Below, in pieces: positions 12,255 to 24,512 of a DNA stretch of 64,000 nt. The position numbers and the translations under genes were made by a program. A model generated the notes under the pieces. The model saw nothing but the letters and a program-made list of their open reading frames with translations. It did not search any database and was not told the origin of the DNA. Source of the DNA: Raja brachyura (taxonomy: Eukaryota); NCBI GenBank assembly GCA_963514005.1, contig OY740783.1:13578001-13642000 (forward strand). Direction: 5' to 3'. How positions within the stretch are numbered: position 1 is the first letter of the stretch; the number at the start of each line of letters is the position of its first letter.

Positions 12255-12575
12255 GAGTTGTTATAGTACCTGCCTCAACTACCTCCTTTGGAAGCTTGTT
12301 CCATACACCCACCACCCACTGTATTGAAAAGTTGCCCTTCAGGTTCCTATTATATCTTTCCCCTCTCACCTTGAAGTCGTGTCTTCTGGTTCTAGATTCC
12401 CGTACTCTAGGTCAAAGACTCTTACCCAGAGAGGTCTTACACACCTCCATAAGTTCACTTCTCATCCTCCTACAGTTCAAAGAATAAGCCTAGCCTGCCC
12501 GACCTCTCACTATAGCCGAAGCCCTCAGGTCCTGGCAACATCCTCGTAAATCCTTTCTGCACTCTTCCCACCTTA
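12255..12575 (-). mobile_element. CR1 LINE 3' fragment
   Basis: gtacctgcctcaactacctcc...ttccatacacccaccac...tcctggcaacatcctcgtaaatc, the reverse complement of the CR1 ORF2 end. Confidence 0.7.
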
Positions 12576-14168
12576 AATGATTGGGAAAGTGGTTTTGTCA
12601 ACATCTCTCCCCCCTTAGAATAGTGAAAATTATCCCTCAGTCAAAACTGTCGTCAGAAACATTCCATGATTATTTAGCTCTACACAAAATTAATGTTGCG
12701 ACAGCAGGTGAAAGTTGGGCCTCAGGGCTGCAATGATTACTGTTTACTTCCCTCATTTTAGTTTTTACATAATTCAAGATGAATGTCACAGAAAGGTTAT
12801 TGGAGCAAAAGCAGCTCCTGCACCAGGGCATTTTGTGTATAACATGAAAGTGATTCTCTTACCTGGTATCCTTGAGGGTTCTTTTAGAACGTCAGCAGAA
12901 TTTTCAGGTCATTTGACAAAAAGGATATCTGCCTTGTAGCATGCTCAGAAGGTGACTACTTTGTGCATCAATCACCTCAGCTTTAAGTTGAAGCATAATA
13001 GACCCCCTCAATCAACATTTCCAAATGCTTTATCACTTGTTCATAAAGAAGGGGTGAAAAATCAAAGATAGACTGCTAAGTCAAGGCTAGGTAATTTGTT
13101 CTGAATTATAGTTACATTACGGGGGGGGGGGGGGGGGAGGTGAAGAGAGTTTGTGAAATAAGGGCTCACGGGATGTCCATTTTGTCAACTGGTGATGATA
13201 TGCAGTTGAAGCTAAACTCAGACCTTGAAAAATGACAGCATTGTTGAGCTGTAATTCTGGACAAGCTAAAGCAAAGATTAAGATGTTACTTATTGACAGC
13301 CAAAATGAGTTAGTCAAACTGCAGTGATGTATATCCACCTTGTATCCGCAAGGTCAGTTTAAATAGCATTACCTTTAAGAAACTATAAGTTGACCATATG
13401 TAAACACAGCTCTAAATTACAGCAGCTTTTACATCTTATTTCTTCAATATTTCATTTTTATAACCCTGCCTTCGCAAATGACTATGTATTGCTTATTGTA
13501 TGTGACATCTTTTAAAGCACAAATATAATGATTAAAATATTGGCATTGCTTTACAGTTTCAAGTAAGATTTATCTTCTAGCAGTTGATTATATATGGAAG
13601 GCAGTGATCTGATTTAGCAAGGCATCTATATTCGTGCAGAATTTTGCTTTTCAAGATCGTAGACTCTGCAACAAATTGTCCTCGTGTTGACTCTTCAGCC
13701 CAAAATGCCACTGGGCTTTTGAAAGAAGTTTTTATTTGGCTCAGCTCCCCTGCACTTTTCTCAAAGCTCTGTATTTTTTTCAATCAATAACCAGATTGGT
13801 TTTGAAATTCCATTTTAATCTGTTTTTGCCAATGTTTTCAGGCAGTTTATTTCAGATTACCATAATTACCTGATCTAAAATCAAACTACCGGTGGAACTT
13901 AGTTAGAGAGTATAACATTGGCATATTCCTTGTGAAGGGATGTCTTCTTGGTTTTGTTTTATCTTGTTTTGCCGTTGTCTTGAGGTTGTAAAATAAGGTG
14001 GTTACAAGCTTCATATAGGGTTTTTTTAGTCACAAATAACGAAATACATGAGTCCAACAGGTCATGCAAAGAGAAAACCCAGTGCAGAATATAGTGTTAC
14101 AACTGCAGAGAAACTTCAGATTTTAAAAAGTGTCATTGCCTCAGCTGGTTAGATCGGGAATTCATCCT

Positions 14169-15012
14169 ATGGGGCTCCGTCCAGTTGGTATGGCTGCCCA
14201 GCCTGCAGCTGTCTGTTTTTTAACTTCTTTCTTTTATTTTTAGTGAGTTTTAGTGTTTTGTTTTTGGAGCCCTAGCCTTTTTTATGTGGAGGGTGGTGGG
14301 GGGGGGGAAGGGGGAAACTGCTTTTCCTGGTCCCTACCTAGTCGGAGAGGCAGCTTTTCTCCGGGCTGCACCGTCGACCCGTCCTCGCGGCCTACCAGCG
14401 GGCCTGGAGCGGCGTTTCCTGAGGGGGCCGCCCAGAACCACGGCTTCGGCAGCGGCTCAGCGCTGGAGCATCATCGGGGGAGCAGAGCGGGCGATGCCTT
14501 GCCTGGGTCGCCGCGCTGGAGCTCCAGTATGCTGAGACCGCAGGTGAACATCATGGAGCTGCAGGACTATGGAGCGGCCGGCTGTGGGCGACAGCGCTGA
14601 ACTTTAACATCGGGAGCCTGGGATCTCTCGGCGAGATCACCAGTTGTGGAGCTCCATCCAGCGCGGCCTTGTCAGCTTCGGAAGCCACGGACTCCGGTAG
14701 GGAAGCGGCCGTTCCAGGTGTCCCAAGTGAGGACTCTCCCGATGCCGGAACACCAACACCCTGCGAGAAGGCCTAAAACATCGGGCCGCCGCAGCGCCGA
14801 CTGTGGAGGCCTCAATAGGCCCGACTATGGGTGGACATGGGGATGGGACTGGACTTTGTGCCTTCCCCCACAGTGGGAACCATTGTGGGGGGATGTTTTT
14901 ATGTTCATTGTTAATTCTTTAGTGTTGGGTCTTATCTTTATCTGTGTGCTGCATGGCAAGACAAATTTCACTACACCAATTGGTGTATGTGACAATAAAT
15001 GTCCTTTGTCAT
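14169..15012 (+). mobile_element. GC-rich non-coding repeat, probable non-autonomous retroposon
   Basis: CpG-rich body; ends gtatgtgacaataaatgtcctttgtc; related in layout to 9545-10437. Confidence 0.55.
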
Positions 15013-15229
15013 TCATAAGAGATCTAAGTAAGAGTCTAATAACAGCATCCAGGAGCTGTTTGGGTGGTACATGGTTTCAAGCTTTTGTATCTTCTGCACT
15101 CTGGGAGGAGGAAGAATAAAGAATGACCAGGGTGCCAGTTGTCCTTGATTACGTAGACTGCTTTCCTGAGACGGCGTGAAGTATAAACTGGAGTCGATGG
15201 TGGTTGGAGGCAGGTATATGTGTGATGAA

Positions 15230-15518
15230 CAATAGACAATAGGTGCAGGAGTAGGCCATTTGGCCCTTCGAGCCAGCACCGCCATTCAATGTGATCATGG
15301 CTGATCATCCCCAATCAGTACCCCATTCCTGCCTTCTCCCCATGTCCCCTGACTCCGCTATTTTTAAGAGCCCTATCTAGTCTCTCTTGAAAGCATCCAG
15401 AGAACTTGCCTCCGCCGCCCTCTGAGGCAGAGAATTCCACCAACTCACCACTCTCTGTGAGAAAAAGTGTTTCCTCGTCTCCGTTCTAAATGGCTTACCC
15501 CTTATTCTTAAACTGTGA
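15230..15518 (-). mobile_element. CR1/HER1 LINE 3' end
   Basis: (caatagac)n tail, ggtgcaggagtaggccatt 3' UTR and end of ORF2. Confidence 0.8.
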
Positions 15519-16109
15519 TAGGGCTGTATTCACCACATTCAACGATTTGTTGATTTTTAATTTGTGGTCTTAGGTGGGGTATTTAATGGTGTGCATCTGG
15601 ATACGATGCTTTCTATTGTGCATCTGCAGAAATGAGTAATCTGTAGAGATTAGTAGGACACACTCTGTAATTCCTTCGTCTTTTGAGGAAATACAGGCAT
15701 TTGTGTGTTTTTTCTGTGAGTGTAATTTGCTCCCTGCATTATGCACCTTTCAAAAATGGTAGAATAGTACATTCTGGTCGTACCTTGGCCCACAGCTTTT
15801 TATAAGCTTTTCTGCTCTTAATCACTGATGACTAGTTCTCCACAGTGGAATGGAATATGTTATTGTCACATGTGACAAGTCATTGTGAAATTCTTTGCCT
15901 GCCTACTCAAGGTATGCAAATAGTCACCACATAAACGGCGCTGACAAAGTTACAAAGTCGCTCCTCCTTTGTCCTCCCCACCCACGGCGGTCCCACCACG
16001 GCCAGGTCCTCCATTGTTCTTCCCCCTCCCAACACGGCACTGTCTCAAGTGCTGGCTTTTCCTTCCCACGTTCTTGTTTTCCCTCCACAATGGGACATTG
16101 GTAGAGTAA

Positions 16110-16655
16110 AGGGCCTGTCCCACCAGCATGCAACTCTATGCGATGAGCGCGACCTAACGTGGTCGCTTGAGCCGTCCGGCGTCGCGCGGCCGGTCCCACT
16201 TCGATCGCCGGAGCCGTGCGGAATTGTGCGGAGTTCGTCCCGACATCGCGCGGGGCTCCGAAAAAATTCCGCGCGGCAACGGCTTGTCGGATCGCAGTCG
16301 CCTCGACGCATTACACACCGTCTTGACATCATGCCTCTGTGACCCTCTCTGTAGGTGCCTCCGTGACCAACTATGTGTTGCTCCATGGCCCTCTGTGTGT
16401 GTGCCTGTGTGCCCCTCTCTGTCCTGACGAACTTACATTTAAGACTTCGCTCCAAGTTCGCCTTACTTTGCGCCGCGTTGCGCCACTCACCCGACCTCCG
16501 CACGGCCCCCGCTGCCGGTTTGGTCGCGCTTGCCGCATGCAGGCGCATGCTGGTGGGAACGGCCCTGTACAGGGATCACCCAACCTCCGAGCGGCCCCCG
16601 CTTCTAGTTTGATCGCGCTCATCGCATGGAGTCGGATGCTGGTAGGAGAGGCCCT
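16110..16655. mobile_element. PIF/Harbinger-type MITE family A, copy 1
   Basis: TIR agggcctgtcccaccagcat ... atgctggtaggagaggccct; flanked by TAA and TTA; GC-rich non-coding body. Confidence 0.75.
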
Positions 16656-16658
16656 TTA

Positions 16659-16861
16659 AGGGCCTGTCCCACTTTCACGACCTCTGCCAAGTTTGCCCTT
16701 GACTTATACTTGCAGCATGGTCGTCACAAGGTCGTAGGTAGGTCGTAGCAGGCCGTGATGCTAGTCGTAGGTACTCGTGGCATCAAGTAGGTCGGGGCGT
16801 TTTTCTAGCATGATGTAAAATGTCTACAAGTAAAAAAGGTCATGAAAGTGGGACAGGCCGT
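16659..16861. mobile_element. PIF/Harbinger-type MITE family B (203 bp)
   Basis: TIRs agggcctgtcccactttcacgacct / aggtcatgaaagtgggacaggccgt; TTA on both sides. Confidence 0.75.
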
Positions 16862-17129
16862 TTACAGTTAATAGTGTCACATTAGTGTAGCTGCTTTTCA
16901 GACGATGTGACTTGTACCTGCAAATGAAAATCTGATACTATTAATAGCATCATAATTCTGCTAAAAAATTGAAAGAATTAATCAAGTAATGAATGCATAT
17001 TTTATTCCAGACGGATCTCCTGCTTGCTCAAGCATTAATATTGATTATGATTTTATTGCAGTTGTTTTAGTGATCTCTAATGATATAATGGTTGAAATTG
17101 CAGCTATATTTGAGTGGATTTTTTCATAG

Positions 17130-17700
17130 TTTATTATTATCACATGTACCAAGGTACAGTGAAAAGCTTTTTGTTGCGTGCTATCCAGTCAGCGAAAAGG
17201 CTATACGTGACTACAATCAAGCCGGCCACAGTGTACAGATACAGGATAAAACATCGAATGTTTAGTGCAAGATACAGTACAATAAAAATAGATCAAAGGT
17301 CTCCAGTGAGGTGGGAGGTCAGGACCGCTCTCCACCTAAGGACAGCTCGGTTGCCTGATAACAGCTAGAAAGAAACTCTCCCTACATCTGGAGGTGTACA
17401 TTTTCAAACCTGTACCTGTTCTTGCCTGATGGGAGAGGGGAGAAAAGGGAGTGGATGGTGTGAGATTTGTCCTTGATCATGCTGGTAGCCATGCTGAGGC
17501 AGCATGAAGTGTAGATAAAGTCAATGGAAGGGAGGTAGGTTTGCAAGATGCTGTGGGCTGCATTCACAACTCTGCAATTTCTTGTGGTCTTGAATATAGC
17601 TGTTCCCAAACCATGCTGTGATGCATCCCAATAAAATGCTTTCTACGGCACATTTGTAGAAGTTGGTGAGGGTTGTTGAGGATATGAGGAGGGATGTTGG
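17130..17700 (-). mobile_element. Rex1-like LINE 3' end
   Basis: ORF remnant RVVNAAHSILQTYLPSIDFIYTSCCL..ATSMIKDKSH..HSLFSPLPSGK.RYR with a 3' UTR. Shorter relatives lie at about 7945-8190, 15015-15225, 23835-24240 and 46716-47075. Confidence 0.7.
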
Positions 17701-17737
17701 GGACCTGTACTTAGTACTTGTTATTCAGAAAATTAAC

Positions 17738-18537
17738 CATATAACCATATGACAATTACAGCATGGAAACAGGCCTTCTCGGCCCTTCCAGTCCGTGCCG
17801 ACCATTTATTTTCCCCTAGTCCCATCTACCTGCACTCAGACTATACCCCTCCATTCCCTTCCCGTCCATATACCGATCCACTTTACTTTTAAATGTTAAA
17901 ATCGATCCTGCCTCCACCACTTCTGCTGGAAGATCATGCCACCAGCCACCACTCTCTGAGTAAAGAAGTTCCCCCTCATGTTACCCCTAAACTTCTGTCC
18001 CGTAATTCTCATGTCATGCTCCCTTGTTTGAATCTTCCCTACCTCAATAGGAAAAGCTTATCCACGTCAACTCTGCCTATCCCTTTCATCATTTTAAAGA
18101 CTTCAATCAAGTCCCCCCCCCTTAACCTTCTGCACTCCAAAGAATAAAGACCTAACTTGTTCAACCTTTCTCTGTAACTTAGTTGCTGGAACCCAGGCAA
18201 CATTCTAGTAAATCTCCTCTGTACTCTCTCTATTTTGTTGACATCCTTCCTATAATTAGGCGACCAAAATTGTACACCATACTCCAGAATTGGTCTCACC
18301 AATGCCTTGTACAATTTTAACATTACTTCCCTACTCCTATATTCAATGCTCTGATTTATAAAGGCCAGCACACCAAAAGCTTTCTTTACCACCCTATCTA
18401 CATGCGATTCCACCTTCAGGGAACTATGCACAGTTATTCCTAGATCCCTCTGTTCCACAGCATTCCTCAATTCCCTACCATTTACCATGTACGTTCTATT
18501 TTGATTTCTCCTGCCAAGATGTAGCACCTCACACTTA
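17738..18537 (-). mobile_element. CR1 LINE 3' fragment
   Basis: ORF 18039-18647 KCEVLHLGR...LYKALVRPILEYGVQFWSP...; (catataac)n tail. Confidence 0.9.
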
Positions 18538-19004
18538 AGATTGATGAAGGCGGGGTGGAAGATGCAGTCTGATTGGACTTCACTAAAGCATTTGACAAGA
18601 TTCTGCATGGTGGCAGGATCCAGAAGCTTAATGCTCAGGGGATACAAGGTGAGTTAGTAAATTGGATCCAAAATTGGCCTGATCATGGGAAGCAGAGGGT
18701 AATGGTGTTAGGATGCTTTTCTGCGTTTGTTTTCCCTGTTACAAAGGATGCTGAGAAGTAATTTGATAGAGGGATATAAAAGAATGAACAGTTAGGGTTG
18801 ATAGAATCATTTCCCCTCGGTATCAAAAGCAAGGGTTTTAAGGTGAGAGGAAGAGATTTTAAAGACGATTTGAGGAGAACGGTTTTTATGTAAATCGTGC
18901 TTAATATCTGTCACTAGCCATTAATTTATGAGATAATTGCTCCCAGAATCTTTTCAAATCCATCTTTATGGAATCTGTTAAGATATACCTTCAAAAACTG
19001 GGCA

Positions 19005-20580
19005 GTGATATTGCAGATCTGAGCAAGTGTGAGATGTTGCGTTTTGGGAGGTCGAATGTAAAGGGAATTTACTTTTAATGGCATAGAAAATAGGTGCAGG
19101 AGGAGGCCATTCGGCACTTCGAGCCAGCACCACCATTCATTGTGATCATGGCTGATCGTCCCAAATCAATACCCCATGCCTGCCTTCTCCCCATATCCCT
19201 TGATTCCACTAGCCCCTAGAGCTCTTTCTAACTCTCTCTTAAATCCATCCAGTGATTTGGTCTCCACTGCCCTCTGTGGCAAGGAATTCCACAAATTGAC
19301 AACTCTCTGGGTGAAAAAGTTTTTTCTCACCTCAGTCTTAAATGGCATGACCCTTAAAAATATTGGTGTGCAGGGGGATCTTGGGGTCCAAGTCTATAAC
19401 TCCCTGAAAGCAGCAACCTGAGTAGGTAGACTGGTAAAGAAGGTAAACAGTATAGTTGCCTTCATAGGAAGGAGTATAAAGGGCCTGTCCCACCAGCATG
19501 CAACAGCATAGACTTAGGTCTATGCGATGAGCACGACCTAACGTGGTCGCTTGAGCCGTCCGGCGTCGCGGGGCCGGTCCCACTTCGATCGCTGGAGCCG
19601 TGCGGAATTGTGCGGAGTTCGTCCCGAGATCGCGTGGGGCTCCGAAAAACTGACTATGTTCAAAAATTCCGCACGGCAACAGCTTGTCGGCTCGCAGTCG
19701 CCTCGACGCATTACACACCGCCTCGACATCGTGCCTCCGTGACCCTCTCTGTAGGTGCCTCCATGACCCTCTCTGTGTGTGGCTCCGTGGCCCTCTGTGT
19801 GTGTGTGCCTCTGTGCCCTTCTCTGTGTGTCCCTCTCGGTCCTGGCAGACTTACCTTTAAGACTTCGCTCCAAGTCGCCTCACTTTGCGTCGCGTTGCAC
19901 CACTCACCTGACCTCCGCGCTGCCCTCGCTGCCGGTTTGGTCGCGCTTGCGCATGCAGGCGCATGCTGGTGGGACGGGCCCTGTACGGGGATCACCCGAC
20001 CTCTGCGCGGCCCCCGCTGCCGGTTTGGTCGCGCTCACCGCATGGAATCGCATTTGGAATATTGTGTGCAATTATGCTCGCCCCATTACAGAACGTACAT
20101 GGAGACATTCGAGAAGGTATAGAAGAGGTTTACCAGAATGATGCCTGAATTGGTGGGTATTAGTTACAAGGAGATGTTGGATAGACTTGGATTGTTTTCT
20201 CTGGAGTGGTGTAATTTGCAGGGAGACCTCGCAGAAGTATATAGAATTATGAGAGTTATCGATGGGGTGGACAGTTAGAAACTTTGTCCCAGGATGGAAA
20301 AATCCAAATACTAGAGGCCATCGCCTAAAGGTGAGCGGAGAAATATTTAAAAATGTGCCTGGCAAGTTTTTTTGCACAGACGGTGGTGAGTGCTGGGAAT
20401 GCACCGTCAGGGGTGATGGTTGAAGCAAATATGATAAAGACATTTAAGAAATTTCTGATAGGCATATGGATAGAAATAGAGGGATATGGATTACATGCAG
20501 ATAGATAAGAGCTGTCTTGGCATCACGTTCAACACAGACATTGAGGGCCGAATGGGGTCTGTTCTCGTTCTGTACCATTG
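19005..20580 (+). mobile_element. Old CR1 fragment with a nested minus-strand CR1 3' end (19083-19347) and a MITE
   Basis: KCEMLRFGRSN...QGDLGVQVYNSLK...HLEYCVQ...FTRMMPEL remnants interrupted by two insertions. Confidence 0.7.
19480..20053. mobile_element. PIF/Harbinger-type MITE family A, copy 2 (right TIR lost)
   Basis: TAA|agggcctgtcccaccagcatg; body as in 16110-16655; joins the LINE at cgcat. Confidence 0.75.
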
Positions 20581-21239
20581 CCTGTTTTAACTGGAGGAGG
20601 TGGTGGAATCAGACACAATCACAATGTTTAAAATACATTCACACCGATAATTTAAATTGACAATGTGTAGAATGATATAGGCTGTCTGAATGATATAGGC
20701 TAAGTCTGAAGAAGAGTCTCGACCCGAAACGTCACCCATTCCTTCTCTCCAGAGATGCTGCCTGTCCCGCTGGGTTACTCCAGCATTTTGTGTCCGCCTT
20801 CGATTTGAACCAGATTCTGCAGTTCTTTCCTACACATGATATAGGCTAATTCAGGAAGATATCATCAGTGCAAAGTTTTTCATCTGCACTTTCTCTGTCG
20901 TTGCAACACTATGATCTTCCTCTAGATCTGCACTCTGTTTAATCTTTCATATGACCTGATGTGCTCATGTATCACAGTGCAAGTAATAATAAATAACCAA
21001 TATCAATATCAAATGTGCACGAAGGTCGAAAGGATTGGTATGGACATGGGCCAAAGGACCTGTTTCTTTGCCGTACAGCTCTGACGCTGATGTATGATAA
21101 CCATTACTTAGAATTATATTATTTGAAGTAATGAAAGCAAATTGTACACTTGTATGTTTAATTCTGAAAAATAGTGGTAGACGTTTGCACCTTTCTATAT
21201 ATTTCAACCCTCACACAATGCTACCCTCTCATAGATACA

Positions 21240-22225
21240 TGGACAATAGGTGCAAGAGTAGACCATTTGGCCCTTCGAGCCAGCACTGCTATTCAATGTG
21301 ATCGTGGCTGGTCATCCACAATCAGTACCCCGTTCCTGCCTTCTCCCCATTTCCCTTGATTCCACTAGCCCTAAGAGCTCTATCTAACTCTCTTTTGAAT
21401 GCATCCAGTGAATCGGCCTCCACTGCAGAGAATTCCACAAATTCACAACTCTCTGGTGAAAGCATTTTTCCTCATCTCAGTTGTAAATGGCTAACCCCTT
21501 ATTCGTAAACTGTGGCTCCTGGTTCGGAAACATGTTTCCTGCATGTAGCATGTCCAATCCATTAATAATTGTAAATGTTTCTATAAGATCCCCTCTCATC
21601 CGTCTAAATTCCAGTGAATACAAGCCCACTTGCTCCATTCTTTCATCATATGACAGTCCCGCCATCCCAGGAATGAACCTCGTGAACCTACGCTGCACTC
21701 TCAAATCCTACCCCCACCAAAGTTAACTGGCATAGCATGCCTAACATCTGCCTTGCATCATAAGATCATGAGTGATCAACTAGAATTAGGCCATTCGGCC
21801 CATCAAGTCTATTCCGCCATTCAATCATGGCTGATCTATCTCTCCCCCTAACCCCATTCTCCTGCCTTCTCCCCATAACCCCTGACACCCGTATTGATAA
21901 AAAATCTATCAATTTCTGCCTTAAATATATCCATTGACTTTGCCTCCACAGCTGTCTGTGGCAAAGAATTCCACAGATTCACCACCCTCTGACTAAGAAA
22001 ATTCCTCCTCATCTCCTTTGTAAACGAACGTCCTTTATTTCTGAGGCTACAACCTCTAGTGCTAGACTCTCCCACTAATGGAAACATCCTGTCCACATCC
22101 ACTCTATTCAAGCTGCTCATTATTCTGTACGTTTCAAAGAGGTCCCCCCCCATCCCCCCCTCATTCTTCTAAACGCCAAACGCTCACCATATGTTAACCC
22201 ACTCATTTCTGGGATCATTCTTGTA
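21240..22225 (-). mobile_element. Two tandem CR1 3' fragments
   Basis: ORFs 21477-21704 and 21848-22153 (RVQRRFTRFIPGM..., QRVVNLWNSLPQ...). Confidence 0.85.
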
Positions 22226-24484
22226 AATTACGGTTCCTGAAGCGTAAACCTTAACGTTAGCCGGGGAATACCTATATTTGTGTAATCTTAGTAGATCGCA
22301 TGCCTTTAAAGGCCTGTGTCAGTGCTCCGACTGGTTCTCATTGCGAGTGTGGTTTACTTAGACTTGCTGCGCTCCTTGGATATCTCGGGTAAAGCTGGGA
22401 ACTGGCCGCTTGGAAATCAACTTAAGCAAACCAGTGGTTCGGCACTTAAAGTGGAACGTATTATGTTAACAATATGACATGCCGTGCACCGCTTTTTTTA
22501 AAAAGAGAATTCAAAAATAAAACTTGTCTTTGCTGCTTTGGGTGCAATTCCTGTGAAAAATGACTGGGCGGTGAACTGTTGATTATTAATGAAGCAAAGG
22601 CATCACCTCATAAAACTCAGCAACTTGCAAATAGATTTTTATTTCATACAAAATAGACAAATTGTTTGAACTATTGCTTGCACTAACTATAAGTGACACT
22701 AAGTGCTTTACAAACAGAGCCACAGTAAGTTACCATTACCAAAAAGCATATGTGGAGACAGAACAGTGCCTTTAATTTTCAGAGGTGCTTAGTTGTGCAT
22801 TCAGTAGTATTATTTCCAGTTAACCTAATTTAGTTCATTGTGCTACCTGTTGTTTTTAAGATTTTCCTTTGCTTTTAGATTATTAGAGATCTGTCTATTT
22901 ATTTAAAAGATTGCTTTGAAACCTCCTCCACTTTTTGAAGGTATAGCTTAAGAGCTTTCATAACGATAGACTTGGAAGATTCTGGGAACAGCTGTCTCAT
23001 AAATTAATTATTAGTGACAAGTTTATATTGCATAAATCTAAATGAGTTGAGAGTATGGTCCATTACCAGCTAACTGCACAAGGTATTTGTCATTTTACAC
23101 TCTTCAGTTATTTTTTAGCGGTGTTAAAAATGTAAGACTTTTCTCTCAGATGACATTGAGAGATGCTGTCTGTTTTTAAGAGAGGTAAAGGCCCATATAA
23201 ATGTTTCACTAAACCTAAGTGTTACTCATTTGACAGTTATGTGTGCTGTCATTCCATGGGCTATTTGCTTACCGCAATAAACAGATGAAATATGTGAGTA
23301 GTCTGTGGTGTCCTTTCAGTGCATTATGCGATTTTCCTCATTTGAAGTGTTCTGTTCAGATTTTTACACTCTTTATACTTCCCAGTGCAAAATACTCCAG
23401 GAATAATCGCAGTGTGACCAGCAGTTCCATAAAAAGAGCATTTCCAAAACCAAACTACTGATGTAACAATTTTAAAGATTGTAGATAAACATAGTCATTT
23501 GAAGATCCCTTAAATAAATTTGCAAGTATTGACTGCTGTGGAAATAATGGATCATAAAATGGCCAATTTATGCCCAGTTTGTTTGTGAATTGTGAAAGGA
23601 AAACAGCAGAATGTTTACTGTAATCCATAAATTTTTCAGGCACCTATTTTTATTAGTAAGTAATTAAGGAATATGTGACAGATTACAACTTGTTCAAAAA
23701 TATTATTAGAATGTATATTTTGCTCTTGAATAGGTTTATGGGGATCAGAACACTGGCCATTTTCATGTTCATGTCTGGATTTTAAATAAAGAGAAAAGGG
23801 ATATAAAGTACATGATATAGCAGCTTACAGTTCAGTTTCAGTTTAGTTTATTGTCACGTGTACCGAGGTACAGTGTGCATGCTATCCAGTCAGCAGAAAG
23901 ACAATACGTGATTACAATCGAGGCATTCACAATGCACAGATACGTAATAAAGGAATAACTTTTAGTGTAAGATAAAGCCAATGAAGTCCGATCAAAGATA
24001 GTCCAAGGGTCAACAATGGAGGGGTATGGCCTGAGTGCAGGTAAATGGGACTAGGTGAAAATAAATGGTCGGCACGGACTGGAAGGGCCGAGAAGGCCCG
24101 TTTCCGTGCTGTAATTGTTATATGGTTATATGGTTAACAATGAGGTCGATAGTAGTTCAGGATTGCTCTCTTGTTGTGGAAGGATGGTTTGGTTGCCTGA
24201 TAAGAGCTGGGAAGAAATTGTCCCTGCATCTGGAGGTGGGTTTTGCTCAGTTATTTGCTTCTAGTTCGATAAAATGCATCCTCAAAACTCCATCAGCACA
24301 GAGTGAAAGAGCCATCCAGTTAGTCTCAGTCACCTGTCCCCCCCTTATATTCCTGTAGATTTCTCACGTTCAAATGTAAACTCAATTGCCTTTTGGCATT
24401 TACTATTGAAATCGCATCTTTTCCATACAGGTCATTATAACTCAAAACAAATTACACTCCTTCCTAACATTCCACACTTCAAGT

Positions 24485-24512
24485 CTGAAGAAGGGTCTCG
24501 ACCCGAAACGTC
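24485..24512 (+). ncRNA. Minimal type-I hammerhead ribozyme core within a Penelope pLTR repeat (best-preserved copy)
   Basis: CUGAAGA-A-[GGGU CUCG ACCC]-GAAA-CG-UC; stem I is weak. Confidence 0.55.
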
